Shown piece by piece: positions 16,639 to 26,642 of a stretch of 64,000 bases of DNA. The notes under the pieces were generated by a model. The model was given only the letters and a program-made list of their open reading frames with translations, searched no databases and had not been told where the DNA came from. The translations under genes were made by a program, and so were the position numbers. Origin of the DNA: Chitinophagaceae bacterium (GTDB lineage: Bacteria; Bacteroidota; Bacteroidia; Chitinophagales; Chitinophagaceae); the NCBI GenBank assembly GCA_947451985.1, contig CANGBQ010000001.1:11471-75470 (forward strand), read 5' to 3'. Each line of letters begins with the position of its first letter. The first letter of the stretch is position 1.

Positions 16639-18984
16639 ATGTGGCAACGTTTAGGAAAATTTGTGTTACGCAACAGAATGATTTTATTGGCTTTGCTGTT
16701 GATCAGCTCTGTCTGGATGGGTTATTTTGCTTCCAAAGTAAAGCTTAGCTATGAGTTTGCCCGTGCTATTCCGACCGACAATCCCAAATACGAGGAATAT
16801 GTATCTTTTAAAAAAATGTTTGGGGATGATGGCAATTTAATGGTGGTCGGCGTTCAAACACCCGATTTTTTTACCTTAAAGCAGTTTACTGCTTATCAGG
16901 AAATGAACCAACAAATCAAAGCTGTTATAGGGGTGAATGATGTGTTAAGTGTGCCCGCTGCTGTTTTGTTACAAAGGGACAGTATCGAAGAAAAGTTGAA
17001 TGCTGTCAAAATATTTCCCTCCACTTTTACCGATCAAAAAGCCTTGGACAGTGCCAAGGCCCTTTTTCTGAATCTTCCTTTTTACCAGTCTTTGCTGTAC
17101 AATTCTGCTACAGGTGCTTATTTGATGGCCATCAAAATCAACAAGGACATACTCAATTCAGCTGCAAGGGTACAAGTGGTGAATGCCATTACCAAAGCCA
17201 CGCATCAGTTTGAACAGCAAACAGGCGCCGAAGTGCATCTGAGTGGCCTTCCGCTGATTCGAACCGTGGTAGCAGAAAGAATTCAGAAAGAGATGAGATT
17301 GTTTCTAATTGGATCTATTCTATTCAGTATTCTGATTTTGCTCTTGTTTTTCCGTTCTGTGGCCACTACTTTGATTTCGATTTCTGTCGTGATCTTGGGC
17401 GTGATCTGGACAATGGCTTTGATTTATTTGTTTGGATATAAAATCACTTTGTTAACGGCCCTGATTCCATCATTGGTGGTGGTGATTGGTATTCCCAATT
17501 GCATCTATTTTATCAACAAGTACCATACTTCTTATCTCCAGCACCCGAATGACAATGAGGCAGATAGAAAAAACAATGCATTGGTAGACATGGTCAGCAA
17601 AATGGGCGTTGTTACGCTGTTTTGTAATATCACGGCTGCTATTGGTTTTGCCGTCTTTGCCCTTACCAAAAGCGCCATTCTGCAAGAGTTTGGATGGGTA
17701 GCCGGCAGTAGCATCATGGTTATTTTTCTTATTTCTTTTATCCTGCTGCCTGCAGTTCTTAGTTTGATACCTGCTCCCAGCCCTATTCAGTTGCGTTATC
17801 TGGACAATAAGTGGATTAGCGCCTTCTTAAACAAAGTGGAAATATGGGTGTTTGGCCATCAAAAAACCATTCTGGGGTTGACAGCAGGCATCGTATTGTT
17901 TTCTATAGCAGGGGTACTGCGCCTGCAATCGGTTGCTTACATTGTAGATGATCTCCCCAAGAAAGATAAGATTTACATGGATTTATCTTTTTTTGAAAAA
18001 AACTTCAAGGGGGTGATGCCACTCGAAATTGTCATTGATACCAAGAAAAAAAATGGATTAGCGGGCATGAAAGCCTTGACTGTTTATGAAAAAGTGGATG
18101 CTTTGTCAGCGTACATTGCACAAAGAAGAGAAATGAATAAACCCCTTTCCATTGCGGAGGGTTTAAAGTTTGCCAAACAAGGATTTTACGAAAATGATTC
18201 CACCCAATACCTGCTGCCCAATAGTTTTGACGGTGCTTTTGTAGGCGAATATTTAAAACCCAGCAAAGGACAATCCAACAATAATTTTTCTAAAATGTTA
18301 CTTTCTTTTTTAGACAGCAGCAGAAGATATACACGCATCAGTGTGAGCATGGCTGATATTGGCACCCAGCGGCTGCCGACAGTACTGAATGATATCCAAC
18401 AGAAAGCCAATGAGTATTTCGACTCTAGTCATTATACAGTATCCCTCACTGGTACCAGTATTACTTTTTTGGAAGGAAGTCGTTTTATCATCAATGGCCT
18501 CAAAGAGAGCATTGTATGGGCATTTTTGTTGATTGCTTGTTGTATGCTGTATTTGTTCCGTTCGTTCAGGATATTGGTTTGCTCTCTGATTCCGAATTTG
18601 ATTCCATTGTTGATTACAGCAGGTATCATGGGGTGGGTAGGTGTGCCTTTAAAGCCTTCTACGGTATTGGTGTTCAGTGTGTCATTGGGCATTGCCATTG
18701 ACATTACCATCCGCTTTCTGGTCAATTACCGACAAGTGCTTCCCTTGTCAGAAAATAATATTGAAAAAGCCGTGAAACACACGGTGCAACAAACAGGCTT
18801 AAGTATTATTTATACGTCGCTTGTGTTGACTGCGGGATTTGTGATTTTTTGTGCCAGTAGTTTTGGCGGAACCTTTGCATTGGGATGGCTCACTTCTGTG
18901 ACCTTGCTCTCGGCAACCATTACCAATTTGGTTTTGTTACCGGTACTATTGTTGATATTGAATAAGTCGAAAGCTAAAAGCTAA
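16639..18984 (+). CDS. MMPL/RND-family transporter
   Basis: Two repeats of a periplasmic loop plus TM bundle; IGIPNCIYF and GIAIDITIRF signature helices. Confidence 0.85.
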   Translation: MWQRLGKFVLRNRMILLALLLISSVWMGYFASKVKLSYEFARAIPTDNPKYEEYVSFKKMFGDDGNLMVVGVQTPDFFTLKQFTAYQEMNQQIKAVIGVNDVLSVPAAVLLQRDSIEEKLNAVKIFPSTFTDQKALDSAKALFLNLPFYQSLLYNSATGAYLMAIKINKDILNSAARVQVVNAITKATHQFEQQTGAEVHLSGLPLIRTVVAERIQKEMRLFLIGSILFSILILLLFFRSVATTLISISVVILGVIWTMALIYLFGYKITLLTALIPSLVVVIGIPNCIYFINKYHTSYLQHPNDNEADRKNNALVDMVSKMGVVTLFCNITAAIGFAVFALTKSAILQEFGWVAGSSIMVIFLISFILLPAVLSLIPAPSPIQLRYLDNKWISAFLNKVEIWVFGHQKTILGLTAGIVLFSIAGVLRLQSVAYIVDDLPKKDKIYMDLSFFEKNFKGVMPLEIVIDTKKKNGLAGMKALTVYEKVDALSAYIAQRREMNKPLSIAEGLKFAKQGFYENDSTQYLLPNSFDGAFVGEYLKPSKGQSNNNFSKMLLSFLDSSRRYTRISVSMADIGTQRLPTVLNDIQQKANEYFDSSHYTVSLTGTSITFLEGSRFIINGLKESIVWAFLLIACCMLYLFRSFRILVCSLIPNLIPLLITAGIMGWVGVPLKPSTVLVFSVSLGIAIDITIRFLVNYRQVLPLSENNIEKAVKHTVQQTGLSIIYTSLVLTAGFVIFCASSFGGTFALGWLTSVTLLSATITNLVLLPVLLLILNKSKAKS

Positions 18985-18985
18985 G

Positions 18986-20122
18986 CTACAGTGTTTTTGA
19001 AAGAAACGCTTCCAAAGCCTCTTCTCTCAAATCTGTTGCAATGATTTTTCCTTGCGGATCCACCAATACATTGTATGGAATGCCATCGAAGCCATATAAT
19101 TTAACTGCTTCGCCGTTCCAGCCCCTTAAATCGATGATGTGTTTCCAGGTAAGCTTATCTTCTTTGATGGCATCTTTCCAGTCTGCTTTGTTTTCGTCGA
19201 GCGATACACCCAATACCGTGAAATTCTTTTTCTTAAATTTTCGGTAAGCCGCCACTACATATGGATTCTCGCCCCTGCAAGGGCCACACCAACTGGCCCA
19301 AAAATCAACCAACACATATTGTCCTTTGAATTGACTTAGTGAAACCATCACGCCCGAAGTGTCTGGCATGCTGAAATTAGGGGCCATGTTTCCAATGGCA
19401 GGTTTACCTGCAGCAGGAGTATCGGTGGTTGCTTTGGCCTCTTTCATTTTATTAAAAGAAGCAACTACTCCTTCGATTCCTTTGTGCTGGGGGAAGCGTT
19501 TGGTAAGCCCCGCAATGGTTTTGCTAAGCGCTGCCGTATCTACCACATTGCTGTATCCCAATGCAAACATCGTTACAATCGGATCTGCACAGGTGTCAAT
19601 TTTTGTTGAAATAAATGTTTTAAATCCTTCCTGCAGGTTTTTCATCTGTGCCTGTTCCACCAATAAGAGGCTATCATTGCTGGTCAAATTGATTTTTGCA
19701 TTTTGCTTTTCAAGGTCAGTGATTTTGCTGTTCAACGTTACCATGAATGTTTTCAATAAAGCGTTGGCAGGGGTATTAAAAGAAGCGCCTTCAATGCCTG
19801 TTTCTTGGATATTGGCTTTGCATTCAATAACGGGTTGATCGTTGATGAAAATGAAACTCACTTCGCTTTTTTCCAATCGCAAACGATACAACCCTTCTTC
19901 GGTGGCACTGGCTTTGACACTGAATTTTCCATTTTGTATCATGCCGGTATCCAATACTTCAGGATTTTTCTCACTGAAATACAATTCTTCCAGATATACT
20001 TTTTGATCCACTGCATGACTGATCTCGCCATTCAAAGTGAAATTATAATTGTCCTTCTTTACATTGCAAGAAATGATGCAACCAATCATTGCAAGGAGGG
20101 CGAGTAGTTTAAGTTTATTCAT
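18986..20122 (-). CDS. TlpA/CcmG-like thiol-disulfide oxidoreductase lipoprotein with N-terminal DUF4369-like domain
   Basis: Lipoprotein signal MNKLKLL...IISC, VLVDFWASWCGPCR.EN, VLGVSLD, GIP.NVLVDP.GKII. The longer ORF-track start lies inside alaS and is rejected. Confidence 0.87.
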   Translation of the reverse strand: MNKLKLLALLAMIGCIISCNVKKDNYNFTLNGEISHAVDQKVYLEELYFSEKNPEVLDTGMIQNGKFSVKASATEEGLYRLRLEKSEVSFIFINDQPVIECKANIQETGIEGASFNTPANALLKTFMVTLNSKITDLEKQNAKINLTSNDSLLLVEQAQMKNLQEGFKTFISTKIDTCADPIVTMFALGYSNVVDTAALSKTIAGLTKRFPQHKGIEGVVASFNKMKEAKATTDTPAAGKPAIGNMAPNFSMPDTSGVMVSLSQFKGQYVLVDFWASWCGPCRGENPYVVAAYRKFKKKNFTVLGVSLDENKADWKDAIKEDKLTWKHIIDLRGWNGEAVKLYGFDGIPYNVLVDPQGKIIATDLREEALEAFLSKTL

Positions 20123-20133
20123 CTGAAAGTTGT

Positions 20134-22749
20134 TTATAGTTTGTTTTTGATGGCTGTAATTACTTCGTTGAGCTGTTTGGAATCTTGGCCGCCAGCGGTT
20201 GCCAGCGTTTTTTGCCCACCACCACCACCATTGATCAGTGGCCCAGCGATCTCTTTGATGAGTTTGGAAGCATCCAGGTTTTTGGCAGCAGCCACCGTTT
20301 CGCTCATACCAATCGCTACAAAAGCCTTTCCGCCAATATTGGCACAAAGCACCACCAAATGATCGTGCAAGTGATTTTTGAAATCAAAACATAATTTTTT
20401 CAATGCGTCGGCTGTTGGCACTTCAATGATTTCACCGATAAAGCTCACATTGTTGATGATTTCATCTTTTTGCATCAATTCCTGTCTGATTGCCACCAAT
20501 TGCCTTGCCTCTAGCGATTCAATTCTTTTTTCAAGAACTGTTTTTTCTAATAAAATATTTTCAATCGCTTTTTGTAAGTCTTTTGGATTTTTCAACTGCT
20601 CTTTCACCCCATCCAATTGAGCAGCCTGTTGTCTCCAATGATTTTCCGCTGCTTCGCCGGTCATGGCTTCAATTCTTCTCACCCCTGCGGCTACAGCGCT
20701 TTCGTGTGTGATGGTGAAAAGGCCCAGTTCTCCAGTAGAACCTACATGCGTTCCTCCGCACAATTCAATGGAGTAGGCAGGATCCATGATGACCACCCTT
20801 ACCGTATCGCCATATTTTTCTCCAAACAATGCCATGGCCCCCAATGCAATGGCTTCCTCTTTGCTCATGCTTTGAATCACCACTGGAATGTTTTCCCTGA
20901 TTTTTTGATTCACTATTTTTTCAACCGCTATCAGTTCTTCAGCCGTCACTTTGGCAAAATGCGAAAAGTCGAATCGAAGCTGTTGGTCGTTCACCATGCT
21001 TCCTTTCTGAGCAACATGCTTACCCAAAACCTGTCTCAATGCAGCGTGCATTAAGTGTGTAACACTGTGGTGCACCGTGATGTTTTTTCTTCTCTCCCGA
21101 TTGACCACCGCTTCCACTTGGGTGGTGAGCAGGTTGGGAATACTTTCGGCGAAATGAATAATCAAATCGTTTTCCTTTTTCGTATCAATGATGTCAATGG
21201 TGGCATCGCCTATTTTCAAAACCCCCGTATCGCCTACCTGTCCGCCACTTTCTGCATAGAATGGTGTTTGTTCCAGAACGATTTGAAACAATGATTTTCC
21301 TTTTCCCGTAACTTTTCTGTACTTAATCATTCGGGTAGAGAAAGACATCGTGTCGTATCCGACAAAACCTTTTGCATCTGCAGCTTCCACTATTTGCCAG
21401 TCCTCTGTGTCCATGGCCGTGGCAGCACGGCTTCTATCCTTTTGCACCTTCATTTCTTTTTCAAATCCTTCTTCGTCTACGGTCAGTCCATTCTCTTGCG
21501 CAATCAATCTTGTTAAGTCGATTGGGAAACCAAATGTATCCAACAGTTCGAATGCATCCACACCTGAGATGGCACCTTTGGCTGCCGCCATAATGGCATC
21601 GATTTTTTTAAGGCCTTTATCCAGTGTTCTCAAAAAAGCTTCTTCTTCTTCTTTGATGACCTTGGCAACAAAATCTCTTTGTTGATGCAATTCCGGAAAC
21701 ACGGCTTTGAATTGATCAGCAATCACCGGAAGCAATTGGTGTAAGAGCGGTTGTTTGTAATCCAAATAGGAATAATAATAGCGCACGCCTCTTCTTAAAA
21801 TTCTCCTGATGACATACCCTGCACCAGTATTGAATGGAAGCTGACCGTCTGCAATGGTGAATCCTATGGCGCGAATATGATCTGCCAGTACCCTAAATGC
21901 AACACTTTGTTTGTCATCTCCCGCCGTATAGATTTTACCGGTGATTTTTTCAGTGGCTTGAATGGTGCCGGCAAAAACATCGGTATCGTAATTGCTTTGT
22001 TTGTTTTGCAATACCCTTACCAAGCGCTCAAAACCCATTCCGGTGTCCACGTGCTTTTCGGGTAGGGGTTCCAGTGATCCGTCTTTTTTTCTGTTGTATT
22101 GAATAAAAACATTGTTCCAAATTTCAATCACCTGAGGGTGATCTTTGTTGACCAAATCCCTCCCTGGCACGGCTGCCCGTTCTTCGGCTGAACGGCAATC
22201 GACATGGATTTCAGAGCAAGGGCCACAGGGTCCTGTATCGCCCATTTCCCAAAAGTTGTCTTTTTTGTTTCCGTAGATAATCCGGTCATCCGGCACTATT
22301 TTTTTCCATTCCTGCAGCGCAATATTGGAAGGGGGAATGTTTTCTTTGGCATCGCCTTCAAAAACGGTTACATACAATCTATCCTTGTCTAGTTTGTATA
22401 CTTCAGTCAACAATTCCCAGCTCCAAGCAATGGCTTCTGCTTTGAAATAATCTCCAAAACTCCAGTTGCCCAGCATTTCAAACATGGTGTGGTGGTAAGT
22501 GTCCACACCCACTTCTTCCAGGTCGTTGTGTTTTCCACTCACCCGCAAGCATTTTTGTGTATCTGCAATGCGAGTGGCAGGTGCTTGCTTGTTGCCCAAA
22601 AAATAATCTTTGAACTGATTCATGCCGGCATTGGTAAACAGCAGTGTTGGATCGTTTTTAACCACGATAGGGGCCGAGGGAACAATGAGGTGTCCTTTGG
22701 ATTGGAAGAAGTCAATAAAATGCTGTCTGATCTCTGATGCCGTCATCAT
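20134..22749 (-). CDS. alaS: Alanine--tRNA ligase
   Basis: LLFTNAGMNQFK, FEMLGNWSFGDYFK, DTGMGFERL, HSVTHLMHAAL, ELCGGTHV, GGGGG C-terminus. Confidence 0.97.
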   Translation of the reverse strand: MMTASEIRQHFIDFFQSKGHLIVPSAPIVVKNDPTLLFTNAGMNQFKDYFLGNKQAPATRIADTQKCLRVSGKHNDLEEVGVDTYHHTMFEMLGNWSFGDYFKAEAIAWSWELLTEVYKLDKDRLYVTVFEGDAKENIPPSNIALQEWKKIVPDDRIIYGNKKDNFWEMGDTGPCGPCSEIHVDCRSAEERAAVPGRDLVNKDHPQVIEIWNNVFIQYNRKKDGSLEPLPEKHVDTGMGFERLVRVLQNKQSNYDTDVFAGTIQATEKITGKIYTAGDDKQSVAFRVLADHIRAIGFTIADGQLPFNTGAGYVIRRILRRGVRYYYSYLDYKQPLLHQLLPVIADQFKAVFPELHQQRDFVAKVIKEEEEAFLRTLDKGLKKIDAIMAAAKGAISGVDAFELLDTFGFPIDLTRLIAQENGLTVDEEGFEKEMKVQKDRSRAATAMDTEDWQIVEAADAKGFVGYDTMSFSTRMIKYRKVTGKGKSLFQIVLEQTPFYAESGGQVGDTGVLKIGDATIDIIDTKKENDLIIHFAESIPNLLTTQVEAVVNRERRKNITVHHSVTHLMHAALRQVLGKHVAQKGSMVNDQQLRFDFSHFAKVTAEELIAVEKIVNQKIRENIPVVIQSMSKEEAIALGAMALFGEKYGDTVRVVIMDPAYSIELCGGTHVGSTGELGLFTITHESAVAAGVRRIEAMTGEAAENHWRQQAAQLDGVKEQLKNPKDLQKAIENILLEKTVLEKRIESLEARQLVAIRQELMQKDEIINNVSFIGEIIEVPTADALKKLCFDFKNHLHDHLVVLCANIGGKAFVAIGMSETVAAAKNLDASKLIKEIAGPLINGGGGGQKTLATAGGQDSKQLNEVITAIKNKL

Positions 22750-22790
22750 AATGTGTTGAGCTATGGGTTGGGTAATGTAATTTATAGGTT

Positions 22791-22798
22791 TATATTTG
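22791..22798 (+). promoter_or_regulatory. -7 element (TATATTTG) for the M23-MerR-thioredoxin operon
   Basis: Exact TAnnTTTG in the alaS/M23 divergent region. Confidence 0.5.
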
Positions 22799-22893
22799 TA
22801 CGATGGAGTATAAGCGCCGTTGCGCGCCAATGCTCACGATGCAATTTAACGATTAACAACGAGTTTTACAGACCAAATACGGATTGGCAGCCG

Positions 22894-23868
22894 ATGAAAA
22901 AAATCAAATATTATTATAACACCCATACCTTAAAGTATGAAAAACTGATTACCCCCTTGCGGGTGAAGCTGTTGAGGCTTTTCAGTGTTTTGTCGGGGAT
23001 TGTGGTGGGTGCTGCCTTGGTGGTTTATGTATACAACCGCTTTTTCCCTAAGCCAACAGAAATTGCCGCCAACAAGCGCTACGAATTATTGAAAGACAAC
23101 TACAAACAGTTGTCTTCTAAGCTCCAGGTGTTGCAAGAACAAATGGCTGCGTTGGAAACGCGCGACAATGAAGTTTATCGATCTATTTTTGAAGCCAATC
23201 CCTTGCCAGACAGCGCCCGCGCCAAGCTAATAGAAAAGAAAAACGAAATTGAAAAGATAAAAGAAATGGATGGTTTTGAGTTGGGAAAGGGAATCGCTCA
23301 ACAACTCAATAACATCAATGCCCGCATGGTATACCAGTTCAAAAGCTACGACAACATTGCTTTGTTGATCAAAGACCAGGGAACCAAACTGACTTGCATA
23401 CCTGCCATTCAGCCCGTCAGCAATAAGCAGCTCAACAGAATTGCCAGCGGATTTGGGATGCGCATTGATCCGGTATACGGCACACCTAAATTCCATAAAG
23501 GCCTCGATTTTACTGCACCGCAAGGCACCCCCATTTATGCTACGGGCAATGGAACCGTCATTGAATCGGGCTTGTCCACCTCCGGCTATGGCAATCACGT
23601 CATCATCAACCATGGCTATGGCTACCAAACCTTATATGGCCACATGGTTCGGATCAAGGCTCGCAGAGGGCAAAAGGTGAAAAGAGGCGAAGTGATTGGA
23701 TGGGTAGGAAGCACTGGTAAAAGCACCGGTCCGCATTGTCATTATGAAGTCCACATCAACAGCCAGGAAGTAGATCCAGTGTATTTCTTCTACAATGATT
23801 TGAATGCTGAACAATACGACAGGTTGTTGAAACTAGCTGCCAAAGGAAGTGCCAAAAGTTTTGATTAA
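22894..23868 (+). CDS. M23-family metallopeptidase (membrane-anchored)
   Basis: HKGLDF (HxxxD), GYGNHV, TLYGHM, GPHCHYE (HxH). Start MKKIKYYY at 22894. Confidence 0.9.
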   Translation: MKKIKYYYNTHTLKYEKLITPLRVKLLRLFSVLSGIVVGAALVVYVYNRFFPKPTEIAANKRYELLKDNYKQLSSKLQVLQEQMAALETRDNEVYRSIFEANPLPDSARAKLIEKKNEIEKIKEMDGFELGKGIAQQLNNINARMVYQFKSYDNIALLIKDQGTKLTCIPAIQPVSNKQLNRIASGFGMRIDPVYGTPKFHKGLDFTAPQGTPIYATGNGTVIESGLSTSGYGNHVIINHGYGYQTLYGHMVRIKARRGQKVKRGEVIGWVGSTGKSTGPHCHYEVHINSQEVDPVYFFYNDLNAEQYDRLLKLAAKGSAKSFD

Positions 23869-23941
23869 CTTTAATATGTCCCGAAAAGCCGTTCGTCAAT
23901 CGGATAAAGAATAGAGATCATTAACGTTATAGCTTGCAAGC

Positions 23942-24508
23942 ATGAAACTCAAACAAACCGCTTTAGATTTTGATTTTACCGGCGAACCTCAACCCGAGCA
24001 CTCGCCTGTTCAACCGAAGGAAACGCCCATCGTTGTTAGGGAAGAGCCGATCGAAGTAGACATTCAGCCTAAGCGAAGTTCAAAGCCTCCCAAAGCCGTA
24101 GTCAAAAGCGAAAAAAAATCTACCAGGGGTCGCATGAAAATAAGTGACATGGCCATGGAGGCGGAAAAGATTGACATCCCTTCAGATGAGATTCTGTTTT
24201 CTAAAAGCTATTACAACATAGGAGCTGTGGCCCAAATGTTTCATGTCAATCAATCTTTGATTCGTTTCTGGGCCAATGAGTTTGATGTGCTCAAGCCAAA
24301 GAAAAATGCCAAAGGAGACAGGTTTTTCAGGCCCGAAGATGTAAAAAATCTAAAATTGATTTATCATTTATTAAGGGAACGAAAATATACCATTGAAGGT
24401 GCCAAGGATTTTTTAAAGAAGAGCAAACGAGCCGATGAAAAGTTTCAGGCAATTGAATCTCTCCACCACCTCAAATCTTTTCTATTAGAATTAAAAGCAG
24501 GATTATAA
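23942..24508 (+). CDS. MerR-family transcriptional regulator with long N-terminal extension
   Basis: YYNIGAVAQMFHV..SLIRFW..EF..LKPKKN.KGDRFF HTH from about residue 88; Pro/Lys/Glu-rich N-terminus. Confidence 0.85.
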   Translation: MKLKQTALDFDFTGEPQPEHSPVQPKETPIVVREEPIEVDIQPKRSSKPPKAVVKSEKKSTRGRMKISDMAMEAEKIDIPSDEILFSKSYYNIGAVAQMFHVNQSLIRFWANEFDVLKPKKNAKGDRFFRPEDVKNLKLIYHLLRERKYTIEGAKDFLKKSKRADEKFQAIESLHHLKSFLLELKAGL

Positions 24509-24515
24509 TATTCGT

Positions 24516-25028
24516 ATGAAACAAATTTTTAGCATCGTTTTTTGCCTGTTTTTGGCGTTTAGCACCCTTGGCCAAACACCCTATACCACTGCTGCTGATC
24601 CCCAACATCCCGGCGGGTTGATATTGAATGGTGTGCTGACCAAGTACATTTTGATCAATGAAAAGTCTTTCAAATGGTATGGTGCCAATCAAAATGGATA
24701 CCAACCTGATGCAAGTATGGTAACGACTATGGCCGCTGCAAAAGACTCTTTTCATGTTGTGATTTTCGGGGGCACTTGGTGCGACGACACCCAGTTTATA
24801 TTGCCAAGGTTTTTTAAAATTCAGGAGCTGAGTGGTTTTCCCGACAGCCGCGTGACTTTTTTTGGGGTAGATAGAAACAAAAAAACATTGGGCAATGCAG
24901 GCGCTGCTTTTCAACTGCAAAATATTCCTACCATTATTGTCATGAAGAACGGAAAGGAAGTGGGCAGGGTAGTAGAATATGGTAAAACAGGCAAATGGGA
25001 CGCAGAACTGTCGTCTTTGCTTCAATAA
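24516..25028 (+). CDS. Exported thioredoxin-fold protein (CxxT active site)
   Basis: Signal peptide, FGGTWCDDT, cis-Pro loop NIPTIIV..NGKE.GR.VE. Confidence 0.8.
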   Translation: MKQIFSIVFCLFLAFSTLGQTPYTTAADPQHPGGLILNGVLTKYILINEKSFKWYGANQNGYQPDASMVTTMAAAKDSFHVVIFGGTWCDDTQFILPRFFKIQELSGFPDSRVTFFGVDRNKKTLGNAGAAFQLQNIPTIIVMKNGKEVGRVVEYGKTGKWDAELSSLLQ

Positions 25029-25031
25029 AGG

Positions 25032-25877
25032 CTATAAAAGCTGATAGATTTCCAATCCTCTTTTTGTAAGCACATACAATTGCCCATTCGCAATTTTAAT
25101 AGAAAGATAAGATCCAATGGAGGCTGGCAATGGGTAGGCCTGCTCTTGCATCGTGTCTAACCTGTACACCAAAATACTATTACTTACAAATCCATATATA
25201 CGGTTGTTTTCAACGATGATGTTTTTCCATCCTTTGATGGGGAGCAATGAAACATAAGCCCCATAATAATCGAACCGATACAATCCTTTTATGGGATCAT
25301 ACAAGAACAATTGATTGGCCGCATCTATCAGTTGGGTGGCAGTCGGCAGATTGCTTGTCATCATTCGCATATCATTGCTTTCCAATAAGACTTTCCCTTG
25401 GTCGTTTATTTTTTTTATTTTAAAATCCTGTTCATCAAAAATCCAAAGGGTATTGTCGTAAGCGGTGGCAACGGCGTGCACATTAAAAATATTTTGATTT
25501 CTCAGATTGATGCTGTTGATGACGCTCAGTGCTTGGTTGAGTGTTACGATGGTAGCAAACTGAGGATAATACACAATCACCTTCAGTGGATTGCGTACAT
25601 TGATCAGGGACGGATTTCCGTATTTTTTTACGTCATTGAAAATGCTCAGCTTTTCACCCGCCGGACTTATTTTTTGCAACTGGTTGGAGGTCGTGAGCAG
25701 GTACATGTTTCCCAATATATCTACTTCGGCCGATATAAATTCTCCCGGAATCAACTTTGAAAACTTTGCTATCGGCTCCATGCCGGCAGTCAAGATGCTG
25801 CTATCTTTTGATTGAGCCAACAATGCACAAGGAATGAACAGGGAATAAGCGAATATGTAAACAACAATCTTCTTCAA
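25032..25877 (-). CDS. Uncharacterised exported protein, predicted beta-propeller-like
   Basis: 281-aa ORF with signal peptide and repeated D..GN.YL, D..LWI and N..YG/YV beta-strand units; co-oriented 3 bp after lpxH. Confidence 0.7.
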   Translation of the reverse strand: MKKIVVYIFAYSLFIPCALLAQSKDSSILTAGMEPIAKFSKLIPGEFISAEVDILGNMYLLTTSNQLQKISPAGEKLSIFNDVKKYGNPSLINVRNPLKVIVYYPQFATIVTLNQALSVINSINLRNQNIFNVHAVATAYDNTLWIFDEQDFKIKKINDQGKVLLESNDMRMMTSNLPTATQLIDAANQLFLYDPIKGLYRFDYYGAYVSLLPIKGWKNIIVENNRIYGFVSNSILVYRLDTMQEQAYPLPASIGSYLSIKIANGQLYVLTKRGLEIYQLL

Positions 25878-25880
25878 TGA

Positions 25881-26633
25881 TTAAGCATTGTAATAGTGGA
25901 GTGTAAGATCGTTTCCGTCAAAAACAGCGTAGCTGTTGTATTGAATCCAATCGCCTAAATTAACATAAGTGCTTTGGCTAGTTAGCGGAATATGAAGGGG
26001 CAGGTGTCGATGGCCGAATACAAAATAGTCATACTGTTGAGTCTGCAAGATTTCTTCGCAGTAAGCCACCAGCCACTCTTTGTCTTTTCCCATAAATACT
26101 TCATCTTTCTGACCAGTTTGCGCCCTGCTTTTTTGGCTAAAATAATCAGCGAGTCCAATTCCCCATCTACTAGGCAACATTCCAAACAGCGTTTTTGCGA
26201 GCCTGTTCCTGAAAATCTTTTTAATGAATTTGTAACCATGATCTCCTGGGCCTAAACCATCTCCGTGCCCCAATAGGAATTTTTTTCCATTGAAATCAAA
26301 AGCAACCGGTTCGTAATAGACCGGAATATTGAGTTCCTTCTGAAAATAATCGTTCATCCACATGTCATGGTTCCCTACAAAAAAATGAATCGCGACGCCG
26401 CTGTCCGTCAGCTCGGCCAGTTTACCCAGGATTCGAACATATCCCTTGGGCACTACTTTTTTGTATTCAAACCAAAAGTCAAACAAATCTCCCATGATGA
26501 AAATGGTATGGGCTTTGTCTTTGATGTCATTCAGAAATGCAACAATTCTTTTTTCTCGAACCAAACTAGTAGCAGCATTCGGCGCACCCAGGTGAAAGTC
26601 TGACAAAAAATATATTTGCTTTGATGTAGACAT
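25881..26633 (-). CDS. lpxH: UDP-2,3-diacylglucosamine diphosphatase (LpxH-type metallophosphoesterase)
   Basis: SDFHLG, MGDLFDFW, GNHD, HGDG, GHRH, NLGDW. Confidence 0.85.
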   Translation of the reverse strand: MSTSKQIYFLSDFHLGAPNAATSLVREKRIVAFLNDIKDKAHTIFIMGDLFDFWFEYKKVVPKGYVRILGKLAELTDSGVAIHFFVGNHDMWMNDYFQKELNIPVYYEPVAFDFNGKKFLLGHGDGLGPGDHGYKFIKKIFRNRLAKTLFGMLPSRWGIGLADYFSQKSRAQTGQKDEVFMGKDKEWLVAYCEEILQTQQYDYFVFGHRHLPLHIPLTSQSTYVNLGDWIQYNSYAVFDGNDLTLHYYNA

Positions 26634-26642
26634 AAAGTCAAA

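Noticed and set aside
20123-20347. ORF-track N-terminal extension of the TlpA gene containing WWWWW, suggesting an AlaS-TlpA frameshift fusion or a Trp-rich leader
   Set aside because: It is the out-of-frame reading of the GGT-rich Gly run at the AlaS C-terminus. TlpA has a clean lipoprotein start at 20122 and alaS has its own stop.
22750-22893. Possible T-box or other leader between alaS and the M23 gene
   Set aside because: No T-box consensus and only a 4-bp stem (CCAA/TTGG); adequately explained as a divergent promoter region.
23922-23941. Short palindromes TAACGTTA and GCTTGCAAGC upstream of the MerR gene as an autoregulatory operator
   Set aside because: Palindromes of 8-10 bp are expected by chance, and no promoter geometry typical of MerR targets could be identified.
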